Assembly: GCA_041906785.1 (NCBI GenBank)
Contig: JAYRIM010000028.1
Coordinates: forward strand, 204,383-268,382
DNA: 64,000 nt
From: Candidatus Levyibacteriota bacterium
GTDB taxonomy: Bacteria; Patescibacteriota; Microgenomatia; Levybacterales; UBA12049
Reading direction: 5' to 3'
Positions within the stretch are counted from its first letter, which is position 1. Every line of letters begins with the position of its first letter. Below are positions 30,576 through 42,654 of this stretch, one piece after another. A program made the translations under genes and the position numbers. The notes beneath the pieces are model-generated. The model worked only from the letters and a program-made list of their open reading frames with translations. It was not told the DNA's origin and made no database searches.

Positions 30576-31609
30576 TACGTTTCATATTAGCTATAAGTGT
30601 ATACTTATCTCATGTTCAGAGGCATTTTAATGTATCCTTGTTTGGTTTACAATTAGTTGGTGGAGAGGTTGCGGTAGTGTCTTTTTTTATTATCTCAGGT
30701 TTTTATATATCATTGATTTTAAACGAAAAATATATTGATAAAAATGACTCTTTCTTTTTATATATTTCGAATCGCTTTTTAAGAATTTATCCCTTGTACT
30801 GGTTAATCCTGGTTCTGTCTTTTACATACTTTATTACAATTCGTGACAAGATATTTGAGTATATACTTATCTTCCCAAGTACTTTCATCAATGTGCTACA
30901 TCTCTTGCAAAGCATATTCCAAAATTTATTTCTTTTTACTTCTATCAGTTACTTTATTCATATTCCTTATATGTATACGCGATTTATTGTAGAACCTGCA
31001 TGGAGTTTGGGAGTTGAGTTAATATTTTATATCCTTGCACCTTTTCTTGTAAAAGGTGGGATAAGAAAGACGTTTTTTATACTAATTTTTTCATTACTAC
31101 TTCGTATATACGTTACTCATATTAATATATTTTATCCTGTATATAGCTTGCCTTTTCTTTTTCTCCCAAACTTATATTTTTTTATGCTTGGGGCTATGTC
31201 TTTTCAAATATTTAAAAAAATTAAAAAACCTTTAAATTCTAAACTATATTATAGTCTGACAATAGTTGTTTTAATATATATATTACTTTATAACTTCATT
31301 CCAATTTTGTTTTTCTCTACTTTCAAGCGTCATATTCTTTATATTCTTATTTTTATATGCACGCCTTTTTTATTTATCATTGATACGAAAATTAAATACT
31401 TTTTTTTCTTAGGGGAGTTATCTTATCCTATTTATCTCTCTCATTTTCTTACTTTACTTGTCATTAACCATATCTCATTTCTTTCATTAAAAAACAGCTG
31501 GAGTGTTTTAGCTGCTACATTTATTGTATTTTTTATTTCTTATTTGTTAAAAAAATATGTTGCTGATCCTATAAATATATACCGTATAAATAGGATAAAA
31601 AGAAAATGA
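30566..31609 (+). CDS. Acyltransferase family 3 (O-acetyltransferase)
   Basis: R..LA.SV..SH, V..FFIISGF, RFLRIYP.YW, WSLGVE..FY, LGELSYPIYL.H. Confidence 0.9.
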   Translation: MGLIRFILAISVYLSHVQRHFNVSLFGLQLVGGEVAVVSFFIISGFYISLILNEKYIDKNDSFFLYISNRFLRIYPLYWLILVLSFTYFITIRDKIFEYILIFPSTFINVLHLLQSIFQNLFLFTSISYFIHIPYMYTRFIVEPAWSLGVELIFYILAPFLVKGGIRKTFFILIFSLLLRIYVTHINIFYPVYSLPFLFLPNLYFFMLGAMSFQIFKKIKKPLNSKLYYSLTIVVLIYILLYNFIPILFFSTFKRHILYILIFICTPFLFIIDTKIKYFFFLGELSYPIYLSHFLTLLVINHISFLSLKNSWSVLAATFIVFFISYLLKKYVADPINIYRINRIKRK

Positions 31610-31682
31610 CTTAGGTAGTTATTACAAAAAAAAATTGATGGCTTTTTACGGAGTATATATTATATTTCTGCAGTATTAGAGT

Positions 31683-32870
31683 ATGTCACATATTAAATTA
31701 ATTGCAAATTTACTGTTGATTGTTTTTTTTATTATTGTTTCCTCTTATTTTTACTATGGAATGAGGATAAAAAAAGCATACAGCGAAGATTACAATGTTC
31801 CAATAGCAGAAACAATTATCTCAGGAAATTTTCTAACTATTCATTCTGACATAACCCCTTTTTTATATTTTCCAGGCTCTTCTCATTTTATTTTAGTACC
31901 ATTTGTCCTATTAGGATTTCCTAACCTTTTTGGTTTATTGAGTTTCATATTGTTATTTTTAGCATGCAAGAAACTCGGGGAGGTATTTGGTCTTAATAAA
32001 TATATGTCAATAATATTTGCAGCCGGTTTTTGTTCGACTATGTCTGTTGTTAGAACTATAGGGGATCAAAGTATTGATAAGTGGTTATGTTTTTGGTTTA
32101 TTCTAAGTTTGATACTACTTGAAAAGCCACAAAAAAACTTTAAATACTCATTACTTATTGGTTTTTCGTTTGGGATGCTAATTGGTACAAAATATTCAGG
32201 TCCGCTCTTCTTTTTGGCATTATTACCTTTATATTTGAAAACACTTTCGACGTACTTGAACCCGGTACGTTTTTTCCTTGCCAGTATTGTTTTCACAATT
32301 ACTGGGTTGTTTTGGTATATACGGAATTTTATTTTAGAAGGAAACCCAATGTATCCTGCAAATTTGCCCTTTTTTAAAGGTTGGCCTAATTATACTCAGC
32401 AGGACTGGATGTTATGGAGGATTCCTTTTAATTATCCGAGAAACTTGATTGATGTTTTTAATGCTTTTTTATCTGAATATACTATCTGGGCAACTTCAGG
32501 CTTATTAATTGTTTGGTTTGTAATAACTTCTAATCGCAAAAGACGGGTAATTGAAAGTAAGACGCTACGAATTATCTATTTGATTATTAGTACTGCTTTT
32601 GTATCTTTTATGCTTCCAGTAATACCCCCTTATAAAGAGGTATTATCTGTCACGATCTCAAACATGCGATATATTTATATTTTGGTAATTTTAATGATGT
32701 TAGCAGTTTTTCTTATAGTAGATAGGTATAAAAAGAATTCTCTTCTTGCTTCTGTTGTATTAATAAATGCTATTCCTTCCTTTTCATACATTCCATATCA
32801 GCCAAAAATATTAATATTTTGTATTTTGTTAATGATAATGGTGTATTCGAAACGGAAGTGGTTATTATAA
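31683..32870 (+). CDS. GT-C-like membrane protein
   Basis: Multi-TM; SEDYNVP loop, GTKYSG, WY.RN....GNP.YP, RY. Confidence 0.6.
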   Translation: MSHIKLIANLLLIVFFIIVSSYFYYGMRIKKAYSEDYNVPIAETIISGNFLTIHSDITPFLYFPGSSHFILVPFVLLGFPNLFGLLSFILLFLACKKLGEVFGLNKYMSIIFAAGFCSTMSVVRTIGDQSIDKWLCFWFILSLILLEKPQKNFKYSLLIGFSFGMLIGTKYSGPLFFLALLPLYLKTLSTYLNPVRFFLASIVFTITGLFWYIRNFILEGNPMYPANLPFFKGWPNYTQQDWMLWRIPFNYPRNLIDVFNAFLSEYTIWATSGLLIVWFVITSNRKRRVIESKTLRIIYLIISTAFVSFMLPVIPPYKEVLSVTISNMRYIYILVILMMLAVFLIVDRYKKNSLLASVVLINAIPSFSYIPYQPKILIFCILLMIMVYSKRKWLL

Positions 32871-32957
32871 TTGCCTCTAAATTTAACGCAGATGCTATTG
32901 TTTTATCCTCTTGACATTTAACTTTATTTAAAATATCGTCTATTATAGATAGAGTTT

Positions 32958-34835
32958 ATGTGTAATAAGCAAGGTTTTATTACTACGTTATTTCTGGCGT
33001 TGTTGTTTATAATTATTTACTTTCTTTTACCGCCCATAACTACTGCAAGCGTTTCTTTTGTTGATGGATTCAGTGGGAATAATACAACCCTTCAACAATA
33101 TAATAGTAACTATCAAAGTTGGGAAGGGCAAATCTACGTAGATGAAGATCATGCTTATACTAATGATGGTTTTGGGGCATTTGCTATCTATACCGGCTTT
33201 AGTCAGACTAATAATTGTACCTCTATAGATTTTCGTTCTGACGGTTGGGTAAGTATACTTTTACGAACTAAATTCAATTTTTTGCAGACCGATAGAATCG
33301 ATCTCATAGATGGATCTTGGTGGCGGTATTTTCATAATAGTAATAGCGTTACAGAAATGGGTAATCTTTCATCAGGACTTACCTTTGACAGATTCAGTCC
33401 TACTATTCATACACTCAAAGCTTGTGCAAGTGGAACAACTTTGACAGCATACATAGATAATCAACAATTTTGGACTGGACAATCTACAAATACTGGTGGC
33501 TATTCAGGTTTTGGAGCCTACGAGCCTACTTCATATCTTGATAACTTCAAAATAGAAACAATTTTAAGTGGATTGGAGGTTCCTTATTTCAGCCAAAATG
33601 CTAATCCGTGGGGACCAAGTGAATATGATCATACTATTGCATTAGGAGCGACTGCAATGGATGCTACCATGGATAGATGGGGCTGTGCGGTGACTTCGGC
33701 AGCGATGATTCTCAGATATCACGGCATGGATGAGATAAGTAATGGGACACCACTTGATCCTGGAAGTCTAAATAATTGGTTAAAAAATAATAAAGGTTAT
33801 TTAACAGGTAAAACGAAAGATGGTTGGTATTCTTATCTTAGTTGGCCTTCTATAAGCAAATTAACTAAACAGTTATATGATATAGGAAAATCAAATACAA
33901 AACTTGAATACAAAAGAGCTCCCCAGTCACAAATGACTGACTTGCTTAATAATGATTTGCAAAATGATATCCCCGCAATCGTACATGTAACTTCCCGCAC
34001 AGGTTTCAATGGCTCAATTGGACATTTTGTTGTAGCAACGGGAGTACAAAATAATACCCATATCATAAATGATCCAGAATGGAACTACTCCACGTTGGCA
34101 AGTTTTAATAATTATTTTGATCAAGTTGATCGATATATTCCATCAAATACAAATCTCTCTTATATCAATCTTGTTGTGAATCCAGAGGTGGAAATACTGG
34201 TCACTGATGACCAAGGAAGAAAAACAGGAAAAATTATAAAAGATGGACAAACACAAACTTTTAGTCAAATTCCTGATGCAATATATGGGTATGAATCTTC
34301 TATAGATAATCCGGATCCATTATCTCTTTTGCAGAGATTCGGCACTGGTGTACATTCATTTCTACTTCCGAAGCCGGAAAATGGAACTTATACATTTACT
34401 ATTTCCGGAGGTGATGTAAAAGATTTTGCCTTGAACGTGGCTTTATTTGAAAGTGATGGCGATGACACACTTACACCACTTCATGGGTATGTAGGCCAAT
34501 ATTCTGAAGAATCATTTCAAGTTTCCTTTGATCAATCAAACCTTGCAGAAGTTACAAGACAAGTGAATTTCGATAGTTTGATAAATGATACTTATCAAGA
34601 TGTTTATCAACAAAGAGAGAGTAATGGGATTTCTAGAGATAATATCTCAAATCATTTACTTCGATTGCTTACTCAAACAGCAAAAGAGTACCGGCTGGGT
34701 AGGTATGATCATGTAAATCGTAAGCTTGATCAATTTGAGGATCTTCTCAATCGGGAAAAAGGGAATTGGATTACAGAAGACGCTTACCAAGGATTAATGG
34801 AGGATTTAACAGCTTTGAGAGCTCAGATTCAGTAG
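32958..34835 (+). CDS. Secreted multidomain protein with C39-like peptidase domain
   Basis: N-terminal TM/signal; VPYFSQ...GCAVTSAAMIL, GHFVVATG, INDP (Cys-His-Asp). Preceded by a beta-rich, lectin-like region and followed by a C-terminal helical domain. Confidence 0.8.
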   Translation: MCNKQGFITTLFLALLFIIIYFLLPPITTASVSFVDGFSGNNTTLQQYNSNYQSWEGQIYVDEDHAYTNDGFGAFAIYTGFSQTNNCTSIDFRSDGWVSILLRTKFNFLQTDRIDLIDGSWWRYFHNSNSVTEMGNLSSGLTFDRFSPTIHTLKACASGTTLTAYIDNQQFWTGQSTNTGGYSGFGAYEPTSYLDNFKIETILSGLEVPYFSQNANPWGPSEYDHTIALGATAMDATMDRWGCAVTSAAMILRYHGMDEISNGTPLDPGSLNNWLKNNKGYLTGKTKDGWYSYLSWPSISKLTKQLYDIGKSNTKLEYKRAPQSQMTDLLNNDLQNDIPAIVHVTSRTGFNGSIGHFVVATGVQNNTHIINDPEWNYSTLASFNNYFDQVDRYIPSNTNLSYINLVVNPEVEILVTDDQGRKTGKIIKDGQTQTFSQIPDAIYGYESSIDNPDPLSLLQRFGTGVHSFLLPKPENGTYTFTISGGDVKDFALNVALFESDGDDTLTPLHGYVGQYSEESFQVSFDQSNLAEVTRQVNFDSLINDTYQDVYQQRESNGISRDNISNHLLRLLTQTAKEYRLGRYDHVNRKLDQFEDLLNREKGNWITEDAYQGLMEDLTALRAQIQ

Positions 34836-34933
34836 TTTAATCTTCTTTTAGATGCTTAATCTCAAACACAATATAGGGGCCGGTTTCGTATACTTTTTGT
34901 TGTTGTTGTATCAAAGTAGCTTTTTGTTGGTAA

Positions 34934-35030
34934 TGGGATCTCTCCCTGGTTGGTCCTACCCTTGTCAAGCTCGCCTCGTAGCGAAGCAGGCAAGCGAGTT
35001 CACCCCAAGTCGGTCTCCGCTGGATCAGGA
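34934..35030. other. GC-rich structured intergenic element with nested palindrome
   Basis: Rod-like pairing cctggtt/gatcagg, cttg/caag, gctcgc/gcgagt, plus a GGGA-GAGA-TCCC hairpin on the minus strand. Located between convergent genes. Confidence 0.5.
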
Positions 35031-35043
35031 TAAAATATTCATT

Positions 35044-35856
35044 TTAAGGTGAATAATTCACTTTTATTTCTTTTTCAGTTTTATTGCCAGCTTCATCAAT
35101 CGCAACAACTTTTATAGTATTATCACCATCTTTCAAAGCAAGAGTATATGAAAAACTACCGTTTGTTTTCGTTACAGCGATAAAATCATTTACTCTTACT
35201 GATGCGCCTTCTGCTGTTTTTCCTCTCACTACTATAGTTCTACTGTTATTTCCTGAATATCTATCTCCCTCGCTCGGCTCATCAACAGTTAACTCAGGTG
35301 GTTCTTTCAAATATGATATTTGTTCAATATTTGAGAAATTACTTTTTTGTTTTTCTAAAACTACCTGAGCCTTGAGTTCGTTTTTTCCTTCTTTTAAAGT
35401 AACGTCTTTAAAGGAAAAAGAACTTTTCTTAATATCTGCTACATCTGCTAAATTATCATTTACATACAGACGAATTTTTCCTTCCTTTTGCCCTGAGATT
35501 TGTCCTGAAACAACGATAGTAGCACTATTCGTTGCTTTTGGCAGAGGATCAAGGACAGGAGGTGCAATGTAAAGCATGGTATCAGATGTTTTTTGAGAAT
35601 CACTATTTGTATTCGCTTTACTTAATAGCAGACTAAATTGGATAACAGCATTTGGTCCCCAAATTAAAAGTCCACAAATAATAACAATAATGCCGAAAAC
35701 AGTTAGAATAAGACTTCTTTTCGATTGGGTTTCTAATCTTCGCTTCATTCGGGACTTAGACATAGCTTCATTATTGCTATTTTCTTTCGGGGTTTCAAGA
35801 GAGCTTTCCTCCTCTAACATATCTGGTATTTCATCAACTTGAGTTTTCTTTTTCAT
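35044..35856 (-). CDS. Membrane-anchored protein with two Ig-like (Big/glucodextranase-B-like) domains
   Basis: Single TM; LKEGKNEL and LKDGDNTIKVVAIDEAGN repeats. Confidence 0.75.
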   Translation of the reverse strand: MKKKTQVDEIPDMLEEESSLETPKENSNNEAMSKSRMKRRLETQSKRSLILTVFGIIVIICGLLIWGPNAVIQFSLLLSKANTNSDSQKTSDTMLYIAPPVLDPLPKATNSATIVVSGQISGQKEGKIRLYVNDNLADVADIKKSSFSFKDVTLKEGKNELKAQVVLEKQKSNFSNIEQISYLKEPPELTVDEPSEGDRYSGNNSRTIVVRGKTAEGASVRVNDFIAVTKTNGSFSYTLALKDGDNTIKVVAIDEAGNKTEKEIKVNYSP

Positions 35857-35871
35857 AATTATAATTTTTTT

Positions 35872-35946
35872 TGGAGCCGATGGTGAGATTTGAACTCACG
35901 ACTTGCTCTTTACGAAAGAGCTACTCTACCACTGAGTTACATCGGC
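35872..35946 (-). tRNA. tRNA-Thr(CGT)
   Basis: GCCGATG acceptor stem, GCTCT-TT-CGT-AA-AGAGC anticodon arm, GTTCAAATC T-loop, encoded CCA. Confidence 0.95.
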
Positions 35947-35949
35947 TTT

Positions 35950-36029
35950 TGTCACCCTGAACGAAGTGAAGGGTCTTAAGATAGAAAGCTAGTCTATTTG
36001 ACAGATTCTTCGCTACGCTCAGAATGACA
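35950..36029. repeat. REP-doublet-like palindromic element
   Basis: TGTCACCCTGAACGAAGTGAAGGGTCT...AGATTCTTCGCTACGCTCAGAATGACA imperfect inverted arms. Confidence 0.85.
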
Positions 36030-36099
36030 TTATTGTATGAAATTTGAATACAGAAGGCAAATAGCTGTAAGGATTCAGAAAATGATCTAATAAATAAAT

Positions 36100-36510
36100 T
36101 TATCTTCGTCTTCTCCTGCGGGCGACATCAATCTCTAGAAGAGATTTTCGAAGTTCTGCTTCAGCTATCGCAAAATCTTTCTCACTTATTTGTTCCTTCT
36201 TCTTTTTTAGTACTTCCTCAGCTCTTTTCTGGGCTGCAATCGCTTTCTCTATGTCAATATCTTCCGCATGAGCTGCATAATCTGCTAAAACAGTTATGAC
36301 TCCATCATGTACTTGTAAAAAGCCCCCGGTAATTGCATAAAAACGTTCTTTATTATTTTTTTTCATGACTAACTCTCCATGAGTTAATTGTGTAATTAAA
36401 TTAATATGATGAGGTAAAATACCGATTTGTCCTTTTATTGTAGGAGCTAATACTTCATCGATTTCTTCTTTTAATACTGTTTTTTCAGGAGTAATAATTT
36501 CGAGTTGCAT
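36100..36510 (-). CDS. atpC: ATP synthase F1 epsilon
   Basis: LEIITPE, GQIGILPHH, GGFLQV, VLAD.A; last gene of the operon. Confidence 0.96.
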   Translation of the reverse strand: MQLEIITPEKTVLKEEIDEVLAPTIKGQIGILPHHINLITQLTHGELVMKKNNKERFYAITGGFLQVHDGVITVLADYAAHAEDIDIEKAIAAQKRAEEVLKKKKEQISEKDFAIAEAELRKSLLEIDVARRRRRR

Positions 36511-36518
36511 ATTTAGAT

Positions 36519-36596
36519 TGTCATCCTGATCCGTTAGCTAGCGGAGAAGGATCTTTTTTAATTGTTAGGGGATTCTTCGCATTCGCTCAGAATGAC
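36519..36596. repeat. REP-doublet-like palindromic element (same family as 35950-36029)
   Basis: TGTCATCCTGATCCG..CGGAGAAGGATCT...GATTCTTCGCATTCGCTCAGAATGAC. Confidence 0.85.
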
Positions 36597-36597
36597 T

Positions 36598-38866
<2,269 letters not shown>

Positions 38867-38913
38867 ATTTAAAAGTGATTAGTTGATCCAAATAATTTAC
38901 TCTTCACTATCAT

Positions 38914-40473
38914 CTATTCACTACTTTCTGATTTATAGACTTTTTTAAATCCATCCAGTGTTTTTTTCATTTTTTCTTGCATCTCATCTGTCAGCTTTTC
39001 TCCGCTAGAAAGTTCTTCAAGAAGTTTCGGAACATGCATCTGAACGTATTCGTGGAGTTGAGATTCAAAAGATAAAACCTCATCAATACTAATATCATCC
39101 ATATATCCATTTGTTACTGCAAACAAACTCAATACTTCTAACGATTCTGGTAGAGGAGCGTATTGCGGCTGTTTTAATATTTCGACAATTCTTTTTCCTC
39201 TCTCTAGCTGCTTTAGAGTTGCTTCATCAAGTTCGCTTCCAAACTGAGCGAAGGCGGCAAGTGAATTATATTGTGCTAATTCAAGACGTAGTCTTCCGGA
39301 AACGCTTTTTATTGTTTTTGTTTGTGCAGCACCTCCTACGCGTGAAACTGAATTTCCTGGATTTATGGCCGGCCGCACTCCTATATTAAATAAACTTGAT
39401 TCCAGATAAATTTGTCCATCGGTTATAGAAATAACATTTGTAGGAATATATGCAGAAATATCACTTGCTTGTGTTTCAATGATTGGTAAGGCTGTAATGG
39501 AGCCTCCACCGTGTTCTTTATTCAATTTTACAGATCTTTCTAATAAGCGGCTATGAAGGTAAAAAATGTCGCCTGGATATGCTTCTCTTCCAGCTGGGCG
39601 TTGTAAAACAAGTGAAAGCTGTCTATATGCCCATGCGTGTTTTGTTAAGTCGTCATATACAATAAGAACATCATCGCCTTTTTCCATAAAGTATTCTGCA
39701 ATCGCTGTTCCAGCATATGGTGCGAGATATTGAAGAGCTGCAGGCGAACTCGACGGTGCAGCAACGACCAATGTATAATCCATAGCACCTCTCTCTTTCA
39801 AAATAGAAACTGTCTGTGCGATCGAACTTTGCTTTTGACCAATTGCTACATAGATACAAATAACAGGTTTTTGGTCATTAGTCTTTGGTTTTTTGTTTTC
39901 TTTTTTATCTTCAACTTTTTGATTAAGGATTGTGTCGATTGCAATTGCTGTTTTTCCCAATCCGCGGTCACCGATAATAAGTTCCCGCTGACCTCTTCCG
40001 ATAGGGATCATAGAGTCGATAGCTTTAATGCCTGTTTTTAAAGGCGTATTAACTGGCTCGCGATCAACAACTCCAGCAGCAATTCTTTCTAATGGCATGG
40101 ATTTTACTGATTTTACAGGTGGTTTACCATCAAGGGGATCTCCGATTGGATCAATAATTCTTCCAAGAACCTCATCCGATGCCCCAATGCTAAGGAGTGT
40201 ATTTGTTCGTTTTATTGTATCGCCTTCTTTAATGTCTGCATCTTGGCTAAGGAGAATTATTGAAGCACTATCTTCTGAGAGATTTAAAACAACTCCTCTT
40301 GCTCGGTTTTCAAATGTAACTATTTCTCCCATCGCAACTTTCGATAATCCGGAAGCGCTGATAACTCCGTCATTGTTTTTTTCTACTCGTCCTACATGCT
40401 CTTCTTGAGCATTTGATGAAAATGAAGATAACCTTTTTTCTAATTGTTTAATAATATTCGATTCGTCTATCAT
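38914..40473 (-). CDS. atpA: ATP synthase F1 alpha
   Basis: PIGRGQRELIIGDRGLGKT, GREAYPGD, PAINPGNSVSRVG. ATG 40473 preferred as start. Confidence 0.98.
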   Translation of the reverse strand: MIDESNIIKQLEKRLSSFSSNAQEEHVGRVEKNNDGVISASGLSKVAMGEIVTFENRARGVVLNLSEDSASIILLSQDADIKEGDTIKRTNTLLSIGASDEVLGRIIDPIGDPLDGKPPVKSVKSMPLERIAAGVVDREPVNTPLKTGIKAIDSMIPIGRGQRELIIGDRGLGKTAIAIDTILNQKVEDKKENKKPKTNDQKPVICIYVAIGQKQSSIAQTVSILKERGAMDYTLVVAAPSSSPAALQYLAPYAGTAIAEYFMEKGDDVLIVYDDLTKHAWAYRQLSLVLQRPAGREAYPGDIFYLHSRLLERSVKLNKEHGGGSITALPIIETQASDISAYIPTNVISITDGQIYLESSLFNIGVRPAINPGNSVSRVGGAAQTKTIKSVSGRLRLELAQYNSLAAFAQFGSELDEATLKQLERGKRIVEILKQPQYAPLPESLEVLSLFAVTNGYMDDISIDEVLSFESQLHEYVQMHVPKLLEELSSGEKLTDEMQEKMKKTLDGFKKVYKSESSE

Positions 40474-40477
40474 ATGG

Positions 40478-40819
40478 TTACTGTTCAACAAACTCAATTA
40501 TATCATTTAAATTTTTTAACACATTAAAATTGAATATGTCGTCATTGTTTATTATTCGTATACCTGCCAGTAAAGAAGGATTTTCTTTAAAAATTATTCT
40601 TTTTTTTGGGAATATATCTTTCAACAACATTAAATCATCTGTAATTTTCGCTGATTCGATATAGATTGTACGTTTTTTTTCTGCTGCGCGTAAAAACTTA
40701 ATGTATTCTTTCAGTTCTTCTCGTGTGAGAAGATCAGCGATAGCGAAAACTTGCTTTTCATCTAATTGGCCATTTTTGTAACTTTCTTGAATTAATTGTT
40801 TTAGTAATTTTTTTGTCAT
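40478..40819 (-). CDS. atpH: ATP synthase delta (shortened)
   Basis: Position between atpF and atpA; C-terminal NPSLLAGIRI..DD.F motif. Confidence 0.8.
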   Translation of the reverse strand: MTKKLLKQLIQESYKNGQLDEKQVFAIADLLTREELKEYIKFLRAAEKKRTIYIESAKITDDLMLLKDIFPKKRIIFKENPSLLAGIRIINNDDIFNFNVLKNLNDIIEFVEQ

Positions 40820-40827
40820 AATACTCA

Positions 40828-40910
40828 ATTGTTGGATTGTTTCGTTCGCTAACGCTCACTTATTGTTCGATTATTATTAACAATTGAACAATAGATCAAT
40901 AGAACAATTT
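40828..40910. repeat. Inverted arrays of 8-mer repeats (ATTGTTnn / AACAATng) with a nested short palindrome
   Basis: attgttgg attgtttc ... attgttcg, then aacaattg aacaatag atcaatag aacaattt. Confidence 0.75.
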
Positions 40911-40921
40911 ATTTTATGAAT

Positions 40922-41428
40922 TCAGTCCACTTTCTCTCGTAATTTCTTCATAGCATTTTTCATAATCAACTCCTGTTCTTGTGGACCGAATAAGTCTTGG
41001 ACAGTTTGTTCAAGAAACTGCACTGCAAGCCTGCTAACATGACTTGCGATTCTTTTCTCTGCTTGCCCAGTTTCAAAAGCAATTTGTTGTCTCGCTTCTT
41101 GTAACATCGCATCTACTCGAGCTTTAGTGGAGACTTCTGCTTTTTGAAGCATATCATCTCTTTCTGCTTTTGCTTCTTCAATCATTTTTCGGGCTTCTTC
41201 TTGAGCTTTCTTTACTATTTGTTCTTCTTTTATCAGCGTTTCTTGTAAGTGTTTCTCAGCTTCTTCTGCGTTTTTTAAACCTTCTGCAATTCTCTGCTTT
41301 CTCTCTTCAAGCATTTTCAGCATAGGTTTATATAGAAACTTTTTCAAGATGAAAAATATCACAAAAAAGTTTACTATTTGGGCAAAAAATAATATTGGTT
41401 CGAAACCAAATTGTCCTAATATTTGCAT
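40922..41428 (-). CDS. atpF: ATP synthase Fo b
   Basis: QIVNF...LKKFLYKP...LEERK.RI.EGL plus coiled coil. Confidence 0.95.
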   Translation of the reverse strand: MQILGQFGFEPILFFAQIVNFFVIFFILKKFLYKPMLKMLEERKQRIAEGLKNAEEAEKHLQETLIKEEQIVKKAQEEARKMIEEAKAERDDMLQKAEVSTKARVDAMLQEARQQIAFETGQAEKRIASHVSRLAVQFLEQTVQDLFGPQEQELIMKNAMKKLREKVD

Positions 41429-41443
41429 ATATGAATGACTAAC

Positions 41444-41529
41444 GATCCCACGCTCTATCTAAAAGCACGGGATCCTTCGTCATTCCGAATATATCGGAAT
41501 TCCTCAGGATGCTCCCGATGTACATCGGG
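41444..41529. repeat. Cluster of nested hairpins / REP-like arm between atpE and atpF
   Basis: GATCCC..GGGATC; ATTCCGA-ATATA-TCGGAAT; perfect palindrome CCCGATGTACATCGGG; GATCCTTCGTC..CCTCAGGATG arm. Confidence 0.75.
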
Positions 41530-41530
41530 G

Positions 41531-41737
<207 letters not shown>

Positions 41738-42619
41738 TTAATGATTCACCTCCTCATGCTCGTGTGCGTGATGTGGCGTCGTAAGTATAGACATAAACAC
41801 GAGCGTTAAAACTGAAAAAACTAGGGCTTGTACGACACTAACAATTGATTCTAGCAAAAGGAATGGTAGAGGTGCAAGAAATGCAAAAAGAGCTGAGATA
41901 GTATGCAGTGCTACCTCTCCTGCATAAATATTTCCAAATAAACGGAAGGAGAGAGATAAAATTTTCATCACTTCAGCTACAAGTTCAAGAATTCCAATAT
42001 ATAAATTAACAGGATTAAACGAGAAATATCGAGTAATATAATCTTTAAACCCCGTTATTTGAATACTGAGCATATGGGTAAAAATAACTGATAATGTTGC
42101 TAATGCAAATGTCATATTAATATCACTTGTTGCTCCTCGTAATAGAGGAATGAATGCTTCATGGCTTTCCTCTGTTTTTTCTTCTGATTCTTCAGTAGAA
42201 TGCTTACTTGATTTTTTTTCTTGGTAGTTCTTTTCTGATTCTTCTTTTGACGATGCATGCGTTTTTTCATTTACCGTTAATTGTTTTGAAGATTCTTCAC
42301 TGAAAAAACCAATTGTTCCTACACCCGGGAGAAGTCCAGTAAAATTAGTGATAAAAATAAGAAGAAAAAACGTTGCAATAAAAGGGAAAATCGCATTAGC
42401 AGCTTTTTTTGTGGTTGCAATACTTTCTACAAGTCCTTTTATGCCATCTATTAATGGTTCAACAATAGTCTGCAGACCTTCCGGATATGTTTTGATTCTT
42501 TTTGAAAGAAAAATTGCTATGCCAATTAACAACCCATCTACTAATAAAGTGTGTATTAGGGTGTTTGTGATAGGCAAGGGACCAAGATGGGTAATAACGT
42601 CTGGTGCGAATGCCGCCAT
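41738..42619 (-). CDS. atpB: ATP synthase Fo a
   Basis: N..GLLPG, TSDIN, SLSFRLFGNIYAGE, QALVF. Confidence 0.96.
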   Translation of the reverse strand: MAAFAPDVITHLGPLPITNTLIHTLLVDGLLIGIAIFLSKRIKTYPEGLQTIVEPLIDGIKGLVESIATTKKAANAIFPFIATFFLLIFITNFTGLLPGVGTIGFFSEESSKQLTVNEKTHASSKEESEKNYQEKKSSKHSTEESEEKTEESHEAFIPLLRGATSDINMTFALATLSVIFTHMLSIQITGFKDYITRYFSFNPVNLYIGILELVAEVMKILSLSFRLFGNIYAGEVALHTISALFAFLAPLPFLLLESIVSVVQALVFSVLTLVFMSILTTPHHAHEHEEVNH

Positions 42620-42654
42620 AGACGCTTACATTGTACCGGCACATTTTTAGGAAG

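Noticed and set aside
23000-32000. A/T homopolymer runs as phase-variation tracts
   Set aside because: Runs of 7-9 nt are expected in very AT-rich, Phe/Lys-rich genes, and all frames are intact.
34955-34995. SRP RNA helix-8-like GTCAAG...GAAGCAG
   Set aside because: The CAGG and GNRA loop are not matched, and the segment is better explained as a nested palindromic repeat.
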